NCBI GenBank assembly: GCA_965216875.1
Contig: OZ244207.1
Coordinates: 2,528,001 to 2,592,000, forward strand
Origin: Rubripirellula sp.
GTDB lineage: Bacteria; Planctomycetota; Planctomycetia; Pirellulales; Pirellulaceae
Length of the DNA stretch: 64,000 nucleotides
Direction: 5' to 3'
Below the pieces are notes generated by a model. That model saw only the letters and a program-made list of their open reading frames with translations. It was not told the DNA's origin and searched no databases. Numbering within the stretch: position 1 is the stretch's first letter; each line of letters opens with the position of its first letter. This document shows, piece by piece, positions 38,622-48,240 of the stretch. Both the position numbers and the translations under genes were made by a program.

Positions 38622-41600
38622 ATGATTTGCTTGACCCGAGAAGAGATCGCCGACTATGTCCAAGGCAGATTGCCCGAACCCGAATCCGAATCGGCCGAAA
38701 GCCACTTGGAAAACTGCCCCAAATGCCAGCAGACCGCCGAGCAGCTGGACGCCCACAGCGACTCACTCTTGCGCCACTTAAAGGTCGCGCCCGAACCAGC
38801 CCCCAGCAGCGACACCTGGCGCGCCTGCCTGGCAAACCTCCGCGACCTGCCAAGCCAAGGTGATGCCGTCCAAGAGCCCGCCCCGTCGATGGACGAAGTC
38901 CTGCGGCCAACCGAGGTGTATCACTATCGACTCGAGCAGCCCCTTGGCCGGGGCGGAATGGGAGTGGTCTATCGCAGTTGGCACCCGCAACTGCATCGCC
39001 CGGTCGCGATCAAAATTCTGAACGCATCACGTTCGGCCGACGAAGCGTCCATCGCGCGGTTCCAACGTGAAATGCGCGCCGCAGGCGGCCTCGATCATCC
39101 AGGCATCGTTCGTGCTGTCGATGCCGGCTATTGGAAAGGGACCTACTATCTCGTGATGGAGCTAATCGATGGCGTCGATCTCTCACGATTAGCTCGCCAT
39201 CTCGGCCCACTTGATGTCCGCGATGCTTGCGAGATCATCGCGCTGGCTGCCGATGCAGTCGAGTTCGCCCATCAACACCAAATCATCCATCGCGACCTCA
39301 AGCCTTCTAACCTCATGCTTGCCACCGATGGCAGTGTCAGAGTGCTCGACTTTGGATTGGCACGCTTTCAATCGAGCGGCTTCGGCGCCGACGCAACCAC
39401 CGCCGGCCGATTGGTTGGAACGCTCGACTACTTGTCGCCCGAACAAGCTTCTGGTGACGGCCAGCTCGACGCACGCAGCGATCTCTACGCACTCGGTGCA
39501 ACTCTCTTTCGATTGCTCGCTGGACGCCCACCCCATGGTTCAAGCAAGAACCGACCGGTCCTTCAACATCTTCAAACGGTCGCAACCTGCGAACCGCCAC
39601 GGCTAACCGAGATCCGTTCCGACCTTCCCGAAGAATTAGTCGAACTGGTTGCAAACATGCTCGCAACCGATCCCGACGCGCGTCCGAAAACCGCTGCCGA
39701 AGTGGCGAAATCACTTCGAGCGTTTTCCAACGACGCCGATCTTGCCAAGCTCGCAACCGAAACAATCGCGAATGCGCCGACCGGTGCCCCAACTCCCTTT
39801 CCCTCCGACGTTGTTTCGGAGGTCAATCCTCCATCTGCCCCCGCAAAAGCACCGCCGGGCTCCAAACGCGGGCTGTTGGTTGCCTGCGCGAGTCTCTTCG
39901 TTGGGCTTGCGATCGGCTTGGGCGCGATCACGCTGTTCCTGAAAACGGGCGAGGCAACCGTCGAAATCGAATCGGACATCGATGACGTCTCACTTGAGCT
40001 GATTCGGGATGGAAAGGTTGCCCAATCCGTCGAACTAAAGACAGGAACCAACACGTCGGTCGTTCGCGTCGGCAAATATGAACTCAAAATCGGTGCCGGC
40101 AGCGACCGAGTACGTTTGGATCAAGAGTCCTTCGAACTCATGCGAGGCGATCACCGCATCGTTCGCGTGACGATGGATCCATTGAACGAACCAGCGTCGC
40201 CCCCCCTTATTCCCGACGCAAAGGCGGTTGCCCTCGATTCAGCTGCGACCGTTGCCGCTTACCTTGAGCAATCACAAAAGACGCTCGACGCATTGCTGGA
40301 GCAGTTTCCTCCTGATCATCCGACCGTCGTCTCAGAAAAACGCAAGTTGGAATCAGCGCAAAACGAACTGATGCAGATTGTCCTGGGTCAGGAACCGGAC
40401 GAAGAGACAAGTCGAGGGCGCACCTACAAGGAATGGACCAACATTGTTCTCCGCGAAACGGACCCTCGCACGATTGTCGACGCGATCGGCTCCCTGGCAT
40501 CGCTAAGCAAACCTTCGCGGCATGACCAAACCATCGAAACGCTGATCAAAATCGCGGCGTCCAACGAACAACGAACCGAAAAGCTTATCGAGTCCTACAT
40601 CGCCACCGTCGCTCCCGATGCGAACTCGTACATTTGGGGACAGCTCTTTCCTGCACCGTCGAATGAATGGGCACTGGTAACCGATGCGATCATCGATGCG
40701 ATCGAAGGCTTGCCGTACGAAACGCAACAAGCGGCCTATGCCAAAGCGGCCTTTGGCAACGACGCGACCGCGAAGCGTTTGCTCCTCATGCTCGCGATCC
40801 GCAACGTCAGCCTCGAAAAGCAACGTTACCTTCCGCATGTTCAGCGACTTTGTGACAGCGAACAACCCGATGACGTTGCGGCGCTGGCACACTTTGCTTC
40901 ACTTCACGCCTATGAACAACCTGTCGGCGACCAGCAAGTCGTCGCGATACAGAGCGACAACATGATGCTTAAGAAAGTTGTTGCTGCGACCATGTTAAAA
41001 ACATCGCGAATCGGCAGTGGCGCCGAACTCGGTCGAGCCTGCGCCGAATTAGAATTCGCGGGAGCGCACATGGGATACCTGATCGGGAACTTGGTTCAAC
41101 TCTCTGTCTCCGATCCCAACGCATTTGATGGTTCGTCAGAAGCGGTCTTGCTCGAAGTGATGGCCAGCGAAACCATTCGCAGATGGGAAGACGCTGAAGA
41201 TGATGCCGATGCGATCAAGGTTGGCGGCATTAGCCCTACCGGCATCAACTATGTGCAGATGATCGCGACAGCCGATCTTCTTGAATCCGAAACGGTTGCA
41301 CGTGCGAGTAAGTTTTTGCACCAACATTTAAACAGGCAACTCAATAAACGCGCATCCCTTCCCAACCCCGAAGCATTCGGCGACGATTCGCCTTGGCTTC
41401 TCTACACAGTCAAGACGCTCGCAGCACTTGACGGCAAGCTCCCCGCGCAGCTCGAGGCCCAACGGATCGATCTGAAATCGAAGCAGGGACAGGCGTTTGC
41501 GAGCTGGTCGGAAAAACTACGCAGTGGAGATGCCGACGCGTCCGACAAAACATCCATTTGGATCGTTCAATTCCCCCTTGAAGCGTTCGAGGTGATCGCA

Positions 41601-42554
41601 GAGGCCTCTGGCGAAAAGCTCAAGACCGATGCTCCAAGACAATTCTTATTGGCGATGCGAGGTTCACGAACACGCATTCGCATGCTCGACGCGGTCGACC
41701 TCGGACTGGCCATTCCGCTTCTCGCCCACATTGCTTCTCGGGCTGACAGTGCCCCTTCCGATCCCGAACGAGCCAACCCGCTTGAATCAGCCGGTCGGGT
41801 CGGCGCGTACCTCTTCGAAAACGCGATGGACCGTGGGATCGACCAATTGTCCGTCGAGCTGCCCGTCAAACAATTTTCGAGCCAACTTCTTGCCATCGCC
41901 GAAAACGACAGTTTCTACCCAGCGCGCGGTATGGCGCTTCGATTGGCTCAAACGGGAGGATCCAGCAACGCTGAAATCGTTGAAGTCGTACGCAAACGTT
42001 TCCTCAGCACCGACGTCGATCCTGAGACGCCATTGAAATGGTCCGACTCGCACGAGTTCGCCTGGATGGTTGACTGCCTCGCCGAAGCGAACCCGTCAAA
42101 CCTTACCGCAGAAGAACTCTCCGCGCTCAGCACGCTTACGCTTAACGCAGAATTCCCACCGGTCGGGGGCAAAGATATCGAAAGAACCTACCTCGCAATG
42201 CTCAAGCTGCACCACGAAGGGAACAATATCGACTCGTCAGTGATCATGGCCGCCTTGGGCCAGCGAACAGGAAAGTCGCGACCGCGATGGCCATCCACCA
42301 GCGTCCGTTCGCGTCAAGCGAGCTCAGGCCCAACCGCACTCGCCGTCATTTCATCAGGCGTTCCCGTTCCCGTCGTGGCCGCAGCGCTAGAGGCGATCAT
42401 CCAGAACCCGCCGAGAAGCGAGCCGCTTCGTGACCTTTTGATCTCGAAGCAAAAGCGAATGGTGAGTCTGAACTTCACCGATTTCGAAGTTTCAGAAACG
42501 CTGATTCGTGCGATCAATCGAATCGAACGCGAACTAGCCCGAAGCAAGCCGTAG
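38622..42554 (+). CDS. Transmembrane Ser/Thr kinase with N-terminal zf-HC2 (ZAS) motif and large extracytoplasmic domain
   Basis: [41 protein letters not shown] at ~aa 418-440; ~870-aa mostly helical C-terminus. Confidence 0.93.
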   Translation: MICLTREEIADYVQGRLPEPESESAESHLENCPKCQQTAEQLDAHSDSLLRHLKVAPEPAPSSDTWRACLANLRDLPSQGDAVQEPAPSMDEVLRPTEVYHYRLEQPLGRGGMGVVYRSWHPQLHRPVAIKILNASRSADEASIARFQREMRAAGGLDHPGIVRAVDAGYWKGTYYLVMELIDGVDLSRLARHLGPLDVRDACEIIALAADAVEFAHQHQIIHRDLKPSNLMLATDGSVRVLDFGLARFQSSGFGADATTAGRLVGTLDYLSPEQASGDGQLDARSDLYALGATLFRLLAGRPPHGSSKNRPVLQHLQTVATCEPPRLTEIRSDLPEELVELVANMLATDPDARPKTAAEVAKSLRAFSNDADLAKLATETIANAPTGAPTPFPSDVVSEVNPPSAPAKAPPGSKRGLLVACASLFVGLAIGLGAITLFLKTGEATVEIESDIDDVSLELIRDGKVAQSVELKTGTNTSVVRVGKYELKIGAGSDRVRLDQESFELMRGDHRIVRVTMDPLNEPASPPLIPDAKAVALDSAATVAAYLEQSQKTLDALLEQFPPDHPTVVSEKRKLESAQNELMQIVLGQEPDEETSRGRTYKEWTNIVLRETDPRTIVDAIGSLASLSKPSRHDQTIETLIKIAASNEQRTEKLIESYIATVAPDANSYIWGQLFPAPSNEWALVTDAIIDAIEGLPYETQQAAYAKAAFGNDATAKRLLLMLAIRNVSLEKQRYLPHVQRLCDSEQPDDVAALAHFASLHAYEQPVGDQQVVAIQSDNMMLKKVVAATMLKTSRIGSGAELGRACAELEFAGAHMGYLIGNLVQLSVSDPNAFDGSSEAVLLEVMASETIRRWEDAEDDADAIKVGGISPTGINYVQMIATADLLESETVARASKFLHQHLNRQLNKRASLPNPEAFGDDSPWLLYTVKTLAALDGKLPAQLEAQRIDLKSKQGQAFASWSEKLRSGDADASDKTSIWIVQFPLEAFEVIAEASGEKLKTDAPRQFLLAMRGSRTRIRMLDAVDLGLAIPLLAHIASRADSAPSDPERANPLESAGRVGAYLFENAMDRGIDQLSVELPVKQFSSQLLAIAENDSFYPARGMALRLAQTGGSSNAEIVEVVRKRFLSTDVDPETPLKWSDSHEFAWMVDCLAEANPSNLTAEELSALSTLTLNAEFPPVGGKDIERTYLAMLKLHHEGNNIDSSVIMAALGQRTGKSRPRWPSTSVRSRQASSGPTALAVISSGVPVPVVAAALEAIIQNPPRSEPLRDLLISKQKRMVSLNFTDFEVSETLIRAINRIERELARSKP

Positions 42555-42639
42555 GCCGGATCAAGTAGCGACAGCGACGCAGATCCGGCAGCTCCATTTC
42601 ACATAGCTAAGCGACCACGTTCTGGCGAGCGTAGCTACG
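42551..42639. repeat. REP mosaic overlapping the kinase stop codon
   Basis: GTAGGCCGGATCAAGTAGCGACAGCGACGCAGATCCGGCA, then CCACGTTCTGGCGAGCGTAGCTAC. Confidence 0.88.
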
Positions 42640-42657
42640 GGTGGATCATCTCAGCAC

Positions 42658-43410
42658 CTAGCTCGCGCCGTTGAAAATCATGATGCACGAAACGAGCACC
42701 AGCGACGCGGCGACGATACGTTTGAATCGTTGGCCCTTGATGTAGCGGCTCGCCCACGCGCCAAGTTGAACGCCCACGATCGCAAACGGAGCGGCGAGGA
42801 GTGATTGTGTCACCATTTCGCCAGTCACAAGCTCGTCATCCAGAAACATCACGACCGCCTTGTAACAGGCGATGACGAGCAAACATTGAGTCACGAATGC
42901 TTTGAACTGAGCCTGAGACCAATCTTGTTTGAGAGCGAAAGCGGCAACCGGTGGTCCAGCGATGCTGACGGCGCCGGCAAGAAAACCACTCGCTGCTCCG
43001 GCAGCAAAACAAGACAACTTCGAAGTCGATTCCTGTTTCGCGTCCGCCGTCTTGCGAAGACTCAACAAAACCATGGCCAAGATCGCGACGCCCGTTCCAC
43101 GCACCAAGAGGTCGAGTGGAGCGTGCAAAAAGGCCCACAGACCGGGTGGCAGGAAGAGCAGCGCACCCAACATCGACAACCGTAGCGATGGCCACTGGAT
43201 GCCTTCGCGGTACGCCCATGCAGCCATGATCAACATCGGAACACTCGAAAGACTGATCACGACATGCGCCGCCTTGATGTCCAACAGGAAAGGCATCACC
43301 GAGAGAGCAACGATACCAAACCCGAAGCCGATGGCGCTGTGCACGAAGCCAGCGGCAAACGCAACGACGGCGATTCCAGCGAGTGTGGTGAGGGTTTCGC
43401 CGTCAAGCAC
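42658..43410 (-). CDS. TauE/SafE (TSUP) sulfite exporter-family membrane protein
   Basis: About eight TMs; AGFVHSAIGFGFG and SGFLAGA.SI.GPP repeats; start overlaps the MFS stop by 1 nt. Confidence 0.88.
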   Translation of the reverse strand: MLDGETLTTLAGIAVVAFAAGFVHSAIGFGFGIVALSVMPFLLDIKAAHVVISLSSVPMLIMAAWAYREGIQWPSLRLSMLGALLFLPPGLWAFLHAPLDLLVRGTGVAILAMVLLSLRKTADAKQESTSKLSCFAAGAASGFLAGAVSIAGPPVAAFALKQDWSQAQFKAFVTQCLLVIACYKAVVMFLDDELVTGEMVTQSLLAAPFAIVGVQLGAWASRYIKGQRFKRIVAASLVLVSCIMIFNGAS

Positions 43411-44801
43411 TACTCAGGCAGCTCCGCGCCACGCGTTTCTTTCGCAAACAGGACGACGATCACACCGAGCAGGAAGAGCCAGCTCAGCAGCGACGCCGCT
43501 TCTTCGAGCGAGTAGCCAAGCCCGCCATCTGCTTCAGGCCGCTGCATCCAACCGGTCAACAGCAACATCGGAAACGTGACCAATCGGCCCATATTGAAAC
43601 AGAAACCAGCGCCCGTTCCTCGCAAACGCGTGGGATACAACTCGGGAAAGTAAACGGCGTACCCAGCATGCATCCCCAGTGTCAGGAAACCAAAGATCGG
43701 CAGCGTGATCCAAATCAAAGCGAGCGACGCCCCGCCGCCAACGATGTACTTGAAAAAAACGAGGGCAACAATCAACGCTCCCAGGTGATAGAAGACGAAG
43801 GCGCCTTTTCTTCCCAACCGATTCGAAATCCATCCGAACAGCAGCAGCCCAATCCCGCCGCCGGTCGTGTTGACGAACATACTCAGCATCTCGGCCCGTT
43901 TAATGTCGCCCGCTTTCTCCTTGAACACCACTTCCTTTTCTTCGTCTGTCGCATCAACCCCGAGCCCCGCTTCGGCCAAGACTTCGGCCCGTTTCTTCGA
44001 CATCAACGCGTTCTTGCCGTAGATGTGCGCGCCCCAAAACGTGGCCAAACCGATCGTCGCAAGCGAAACACCCACGAGCGTGTTGCGGAGATTCTGTGAG
44101 TTGAAGAGCTCGATGATGCTGCCCGTCTTCTCCTGCGGATTCTCCGCCGCCCGTTCCTTCGCTTTGACCCATTGCTCGGGTTCATGAAGTTTCCAGCGAA
44201 TCCAAACAGTAAGCAGCGCCGGGACAACACCGATCAAGAAACCGAGCCGCCACGTGTTTTCGCCCCACGGGCTCGCTGCAATCACAAAGAAACCGACCAA
44301 CGTTGCCAGGTAAGTCCCAAACACACTTGATGCGTGAAAGATGGATCCCATCACCGCGCGAGACCGTTGCGGCATCACCTCGGCAACCATCGCCGACGCG
44401 ACCGCCCATTCACCGCCAACGCCCATGGCGACAAAGAATCGAAGCACAACCATGTGCCACGCTTCGCCCGCAAACGCGGTGACGCAAGTGAACAACGAGT
44501 AAAACAAGATCGTGATGATCATTGTCTTGGAGCGCCCAATCCGGTCACTTAGCATGCCAAAAAAGACACCACCAATGGCACCGCCCAGCAAGAACGATCC
44601 GAGTGCGACGTTATTCCAAAAACGAACGATTCCATCCTCGGCATCGCCGAGCAATTGCGGCATCGCATCACGCATGGACGCGACAAAGATCTGGCCTTCG
44701 AAAACATCAAAGACCCAGCCGAGCGATGCGATCAGAAGCACCAGCCATTGGTACTTGCTGATCCCTTCATTCCATTTCAGAGGTTGCGAATCGTTGCTCA
44801 C
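43410..44801 (-). CDS. MFS transporter
   Basis: GWVFD, G.LSDRIGR, LRFFVAMGVGGEW, PELYPT.LR.TG.G; about 12 TMs. Confidence 0.93.
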   Translation of the reverse strand: MSNDSQPLKWNEGISKYQWLVLLIASLGWVFDVFEGQIFVASMRDAMPQLLGDAEDGIVRFWNNVALGSFLLGGAIGGVFFGMLSDRIGRSKTMIITILFYSLFTCVTAFAGEAWHMVVLRFFVAMGVGGEWAVASAMVAEVMPQRSRAVMGSIFHASSVFGTYLATLVGFFVIAASPWGENTWRLGFLIGVVPALLTVWIRWKLHEPEQWVKAKERAAENPQEKTGSIIELFNSQNLRNTLVGVSLATIGLATFWGAHIYGKNALMSKKRAEVLAEAGLGVDATDEEKEVVFKEKAGDIKRAEMLSMFVNTTGGGIGLLLFGWISNRLGRKGAFVFYHLGALIVALVFFKYIVGGGASLALIWITLPIFGFLTLGMHAGYAVYFPELYPTRLRGTGAGFCFNMGRLVTFPMLLLTGWMQRPEADGGLGYSLEEAASLLSWLFLLGVIVVLFAKETRGAELPE

Positions 44802-44877
44802 GGGACAAGTTTTGCCAGGTAGGAGTGGGTGGTTGGGAGGGCGTCGCTCGCGGCAGCGAACTGAGACAGGTTAACCG

Positions 44878-45903
44878 CTACGGCGACGGCGTGAAGGATT
44901 GCATCTGCATTTCTGCCAGAGAAGCGACCACCTTCCGCTGGCCGCTGAACGGGCGCCGCGCATGCATCGCAATGGTGTTGTCGACGATTGCAACGTCTCC
45001 AGGTTGCCACTGCAAATCAAACGCAATCTCCTCGGCAAGCGTCACAGCAACGCCCACCGCATCGGCATCGAGAGGCGAACCGTCGCCGTGGCAAATCGAC
45101 TTTGAGGGATCATTTCGCGAGTCTTTCCAACCACAAAACGCGGCAATGAGCTGGTTGAAAAAGACTTTGCGTCCCGGCTGAACTTCGACCACAGCGGGCA
45201 AGGGCGGGGTGGTCGCACGCAAACATCCATCCTCTTGCCACTGCCACGTGTATCCAAGTTCGCCCAAGCGTGCCTCGGCTTCTTCTCTGGTCGTCACACC
45301 GAGCGTGCTTTTCCAGCTGCGCCCCATCCCCGATTTTGCATCATCGCTATCGGGCATCACGTTGCTGTAGCAGAGACCAAGTCGCTCACACTTTGCAGCA
45401 AATTCAGGATTCGCTTCGACGAGTTTCTCGAACAGAACGTCGGAACGACAAAGCGGCGTCGCACCACCGGTCTCGGGCGCGACTTCACACGAGAACATGA
45501 TCCACTTCGGGAACAGGGGCGTTTGAGCCATCTCGTGATGAAAGAAAATTTGAACGTTCGCCGGAGCCTCGTTCGCTGAAAAAACGCGTTCCGTCCGATT
45601 CACGCGAACCGCATTGGACAGCGACTTCTTGTAAGGAAAATTTGCCAGCTGCAGAGCCTGGATGATCCGATCGAACCCCTCAGCGCCATCAACCGGAAAG
45701 TCACGCAACAAAATCGCCCCATGCTCGGTCGCATGTGCCAATAGAAGCTCGCGTTTCGCTTCCACCCAGCCTGCAGCGTCGTCAATCGAGATTGAATCAT
45801 CGCGGTTGACCATCACGTACGGAAAGACGCTGCCGCCGTATCGCTGCTGGCCATCAACCGCAACCGTCTCGATCGCCAATGAATCTATGTCGCTAGTGGT
45901 CAT
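44878..45903 (-). CDS. Fe(II)/2-oxoglutarate dioxygenase, TauD/CAS superfamily (SyrP/At3g21360-like)
   Basis: HGAILLR.F, VFSANEAP...IFFHHEMAQ (HxE), GGATP, FFNQ, WQ.GD..IVDN...MHAR.PF.G.R. Confidence 0.9.
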   Translation of the reverse strand: MTTSDIDSLAIETVAVDGQQRYGGSVFPYVMVNRDDSISIDDAAGWVEAKRELLLAHATEHGAILLRDFPVDGAEGFDRIIQALQLANFPYKKSLSNAVRVNRTERVFSANEAPANVQIFFHHEMAQTPLFPKWIMFSCEVAPETGGATPLCRSDVLFEKLVEANPEFAAKCERLGLCYSNVMPDSDDAKSGMGRSWKSTLGVTTREEAEARLGELGYTWQWQEDGCLRATTPPLPAVVEVQPGRKVFFNQLIAAFCGWKDSRNDPSKSICHGDGSPLDADAVGVAVTLAEEIAFDLQWQPGDVAIVDNTIAMHARRPFSGQRKVVASLAEMQMQSFTPSP

Positions 45904-45913
45904 GCCGAGCCGC

Positions 45914-46891
45914 CTACTCGTAAATGGGAAAGAAAGTGTTGAACGCCGCTTCGCAAAAGTCACCGGGATCGTTGAAACGACGATTTCGATTGAGCGCCGA
46001 GATCGATTGCATCTGTTGATCGGTCAATGCAAAGTCAAAGATGGCAAGGTTCTCTTTGAGTCGTTCAGTGCTTGTCGTCTTAGGAACAATGGAAGTCCCA
46101 CGCTGAACGCCCCAACGCAAAAGGACCTGAGCCGCAGTTCGACCGTGGGCCGACGCGATTTCGTTGATCACCGGATGCTGCATCAACGACTCGTTCTGCT
46201 GAGCCATGTTCAATTGAAAGTAGGATTGCGCTCCTAGCGGCGAAAACGCCGTCACCGCGATCGAAGACTCGCGACAAAACCGAACCAGCTTTTCCTGAGT
46301 CAGATAAGGATGCATCTCGACTTGCAACACGGACGGAGCAATGTCCGCCTGATTAATCAGATCTCGCAACAGCGAACACCCAAAGTTGCAAACTCCGATT
46401 TCCTTTACCAAGCCGGCGCGAACCAACTCTTCCATCGCTTGCCATGTCTCGATGATCGGAACACGATCGGGAACCATCACCGGATTGTCCGCATCCGGGT
46501 CGGTAAACCAGCCCGGCGGGTAGCGTTGTTCGAAAGGAACGAACTGCGATGCAATCGGAAAATGCATCAGGTAAAGATCAAGGTAATCGAGCTGGAGATC
46601 GGCCAGCGTCTTTTCGAGTGCAGGACGCACATGCTCGGCACGATGGTAGGTGTTCCAAAGTTTCGAAGTGATCCATAAATCATCTCGGGACACTTTGCCC
46701 GAATGGATTGCGGCCGAGAGCCCGGCGCCCGCTTCGGTTTCGTTGCCATAATCACAGGCGCTGTCGAAATGGCGATACCCACAATCGATGGCGTCTTGAA
46801 CGACCTGGGTCACTTTTTCGTTTTCGATCTTCCAAAGGCCAAGGCCAACCGAAGGAAGCTGGCGACCACTGGAGAGTGTGAGAGAATCCAT
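45914..46891 (-). CDS. Aldo-keto reductase (xylose/aldose reductase-like)
   Basis: GLGLWK, D.A.DYGNE, TSKLWN, LYLMHFP, IGVCNF, QVEMHPYL.Q, PK.., RFNDP. Start ATG 46891. Confidence 0.93.
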   Translation of the reverse strand: MDSLTLSSGRQLPSVGLGLWKIENEKVTQVVQDAIDCGYRHFDSACDYGNETEAGAGLSAAIHSGKVSRDDLWITSKLWNTYHRAEHVRPALEKTLADLQLDYLDLYLMHFPIASQFVPFEQRYPPGWFTDPDADNPVMVPDRVPIIETWQAMEELVRAGLVKEIGVCNFGCSLLRDLINQADIAPSVLQVEMHPYLTQEKLVRFCRESSIAVTAFSPLGAQSYFQLNMAQQNESLMQHPVINEIASAHGRTAAQVLLRWGVQRGTSIVPKTTSTERLKENLAIFDFALTDQQMQSISALNRNRRFNDPGDFCEAAFNTFFPIYE

Positions 46892-46970
46892 TGTCTCGTC
46901 TTGCTGAGGGGTGGGTGGAAGGTGTAGCTGTGGTGGGATTTTAGCGGACCGGATTCTAGCGAACTCGACC

Positions 46971-48113
46971 CTAGCGTTCAGGCGTCTCGGGTTGCCATGA
47001 CTGGACGGCGCCGCCGGCGGCACCAAGGGCCCCGACGTCCTCTTGCAGGGTCGACGCGACAACCTCGGCAGGCTGTCCAAGGTGTTCGGGCGAAAGTGAT
47101 TGAAAGGTGCTTCGCAGTGGTTCAAGGAACTGAGTTTCAAGCGTTGCCAGGGGCCCAGCAACGATCACGCGTTTTGGACGCAACAACATCGACGCCTGTG
47201 CCACAACGCTGCCAACCGCCGCGGACGCTTCGCGAAGCAATCGACAAACGAGAGCATCCGACTGTTGCGCAGCCAGTAACAACTGCCGAGTGCTCACCGT
47301 CCCGTGACGCACTTTGGCGATCGATTCCTTTCCATTGGAAATCGCATCCGCGACTCGGTCGCAGATCGCTCGTGTCGAAGCGGCCTCCTCAAGCGTCGAC
47401 TTTCGCACCGGCCAACAACCGATTTCGCCCGCCGTGTTTCCCGTTCCCCGGTAGAGCTTGCCGCCAACAAAGACGCCCGAGCCGATGCCGCTGCGGATGC
47501 CCAAACAAAGAAAATCTTCAACGTCACGGCCTTGGCCAAACCAGCGTTCGGCCAGCGCGATCGCGCGGATGTTGTTTTCCAAAAACACAGGAACACCAAA
47601 CCGCTCGCTTACCGAATCGACCACCGGTACATCATCCCAGTCGCGAATGAAACGGTAGTTTCGCGCGGTACCGCCTGCCAAATCAATGACGCCCGGGACG
47701 GCAACGCCGATCCCGAGTAAAGGTCGCGAGCGGCGGCGGACGGCAGCGATCAGGCTGCGAATATGACCGAGCACGTCCGCCGACGTCGCGTTCTTTCGGA
47801 GCGTTTGGCTTGCGCTATGGAGCGGTTGCTGTGCAAAATCGACTGAAATCGCGCGGACCTGCTCGGCGTCCAAATCCACGCCAATGAACTGGCCAGCCTC
47901 GGGATTGAGTTCCAACAGCGTTCGCGGCCTTCCCGATCCAGCCTTCGCTTGCGCCCCCTCTCGCAAATACCCGCCACGCACCAATCGATCGACGTGAATG
48001 CCGATCGTCGATGGTGCAATCTGCAAACGCCTGGCAAGGTCGACGCGCGAAATGCCATCGCACAATCGAATCTGATGGATCACTGATGATTCAACAGCCA
48101 GCTTCACGTTCAC
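46971..48113 (-). CDS. ROK family transcriptional regulator
   Basis: HTH ISRVDLARRL..APSTI, GSGRP, GIGVAVPG, ENNIRA.ALAE, GIGSG, AGEIG; the Cys-rich zinc motif is missing. Start approximate. Confidence 0.9.
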   Translation of the reverse strand: MNVKLAVESSVIHQIRLCDGISRVDLARRLQIAPSTIGIHVDRLVRGGYLREGAQAKAGSGRPRTLLELNPEAGQFIGVDLDAEQVRAISVDFAQQPLHSASQTLRKNATSADVLGHIRSLIAAVRRRSRPLLGIGVAVPGVIDLAGGTARNYRFIRDWDDVPVVDSVSERFGVPVFLENNIRAIALAERWFGQGRDVEDFLCLGIRSGIGSGVFVGGKLYRGTGNTAGEIGCWPVRKSTLEEAASTRAICDRVADAISNGKESIAKVRHGTVSTRQLLLAAQQSDALVCRLLREASAAVGSVVAQASMLLRPKRVIVAGPLATLETQFLEPLRSTFQSLSPEHLGQPAEVVASTLQEDVGALGAAGGAVQSWQPETPER

Positions 48114-48146
48114 CAAGCCGCTTGAGGGAGAAACTCGTTGCCCACT

Positions 48147-48175
48147 ATCTTTATTTCGATTTCGAAATATGTCAA
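48147..48175 (-). promoter_or_regulatory. Sigma70-like promoter with a palindromic ROK-type operator in the spacer
   Basis: Minus-strand TTGACA at 48170-48175; palindrome TATTTCGA-TT-TCGAAATA at 48152-48169; weak -10 AAAGAT at 17-bp spacing. Confidence 0.65.
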
Positions 48176-48240
48176 GATGGCGAGACGTTTTTTGTGGTCT
48201 CGTGTAGGCTTTGCCGTTTTGCACAATGAGGGTCAAAGGG

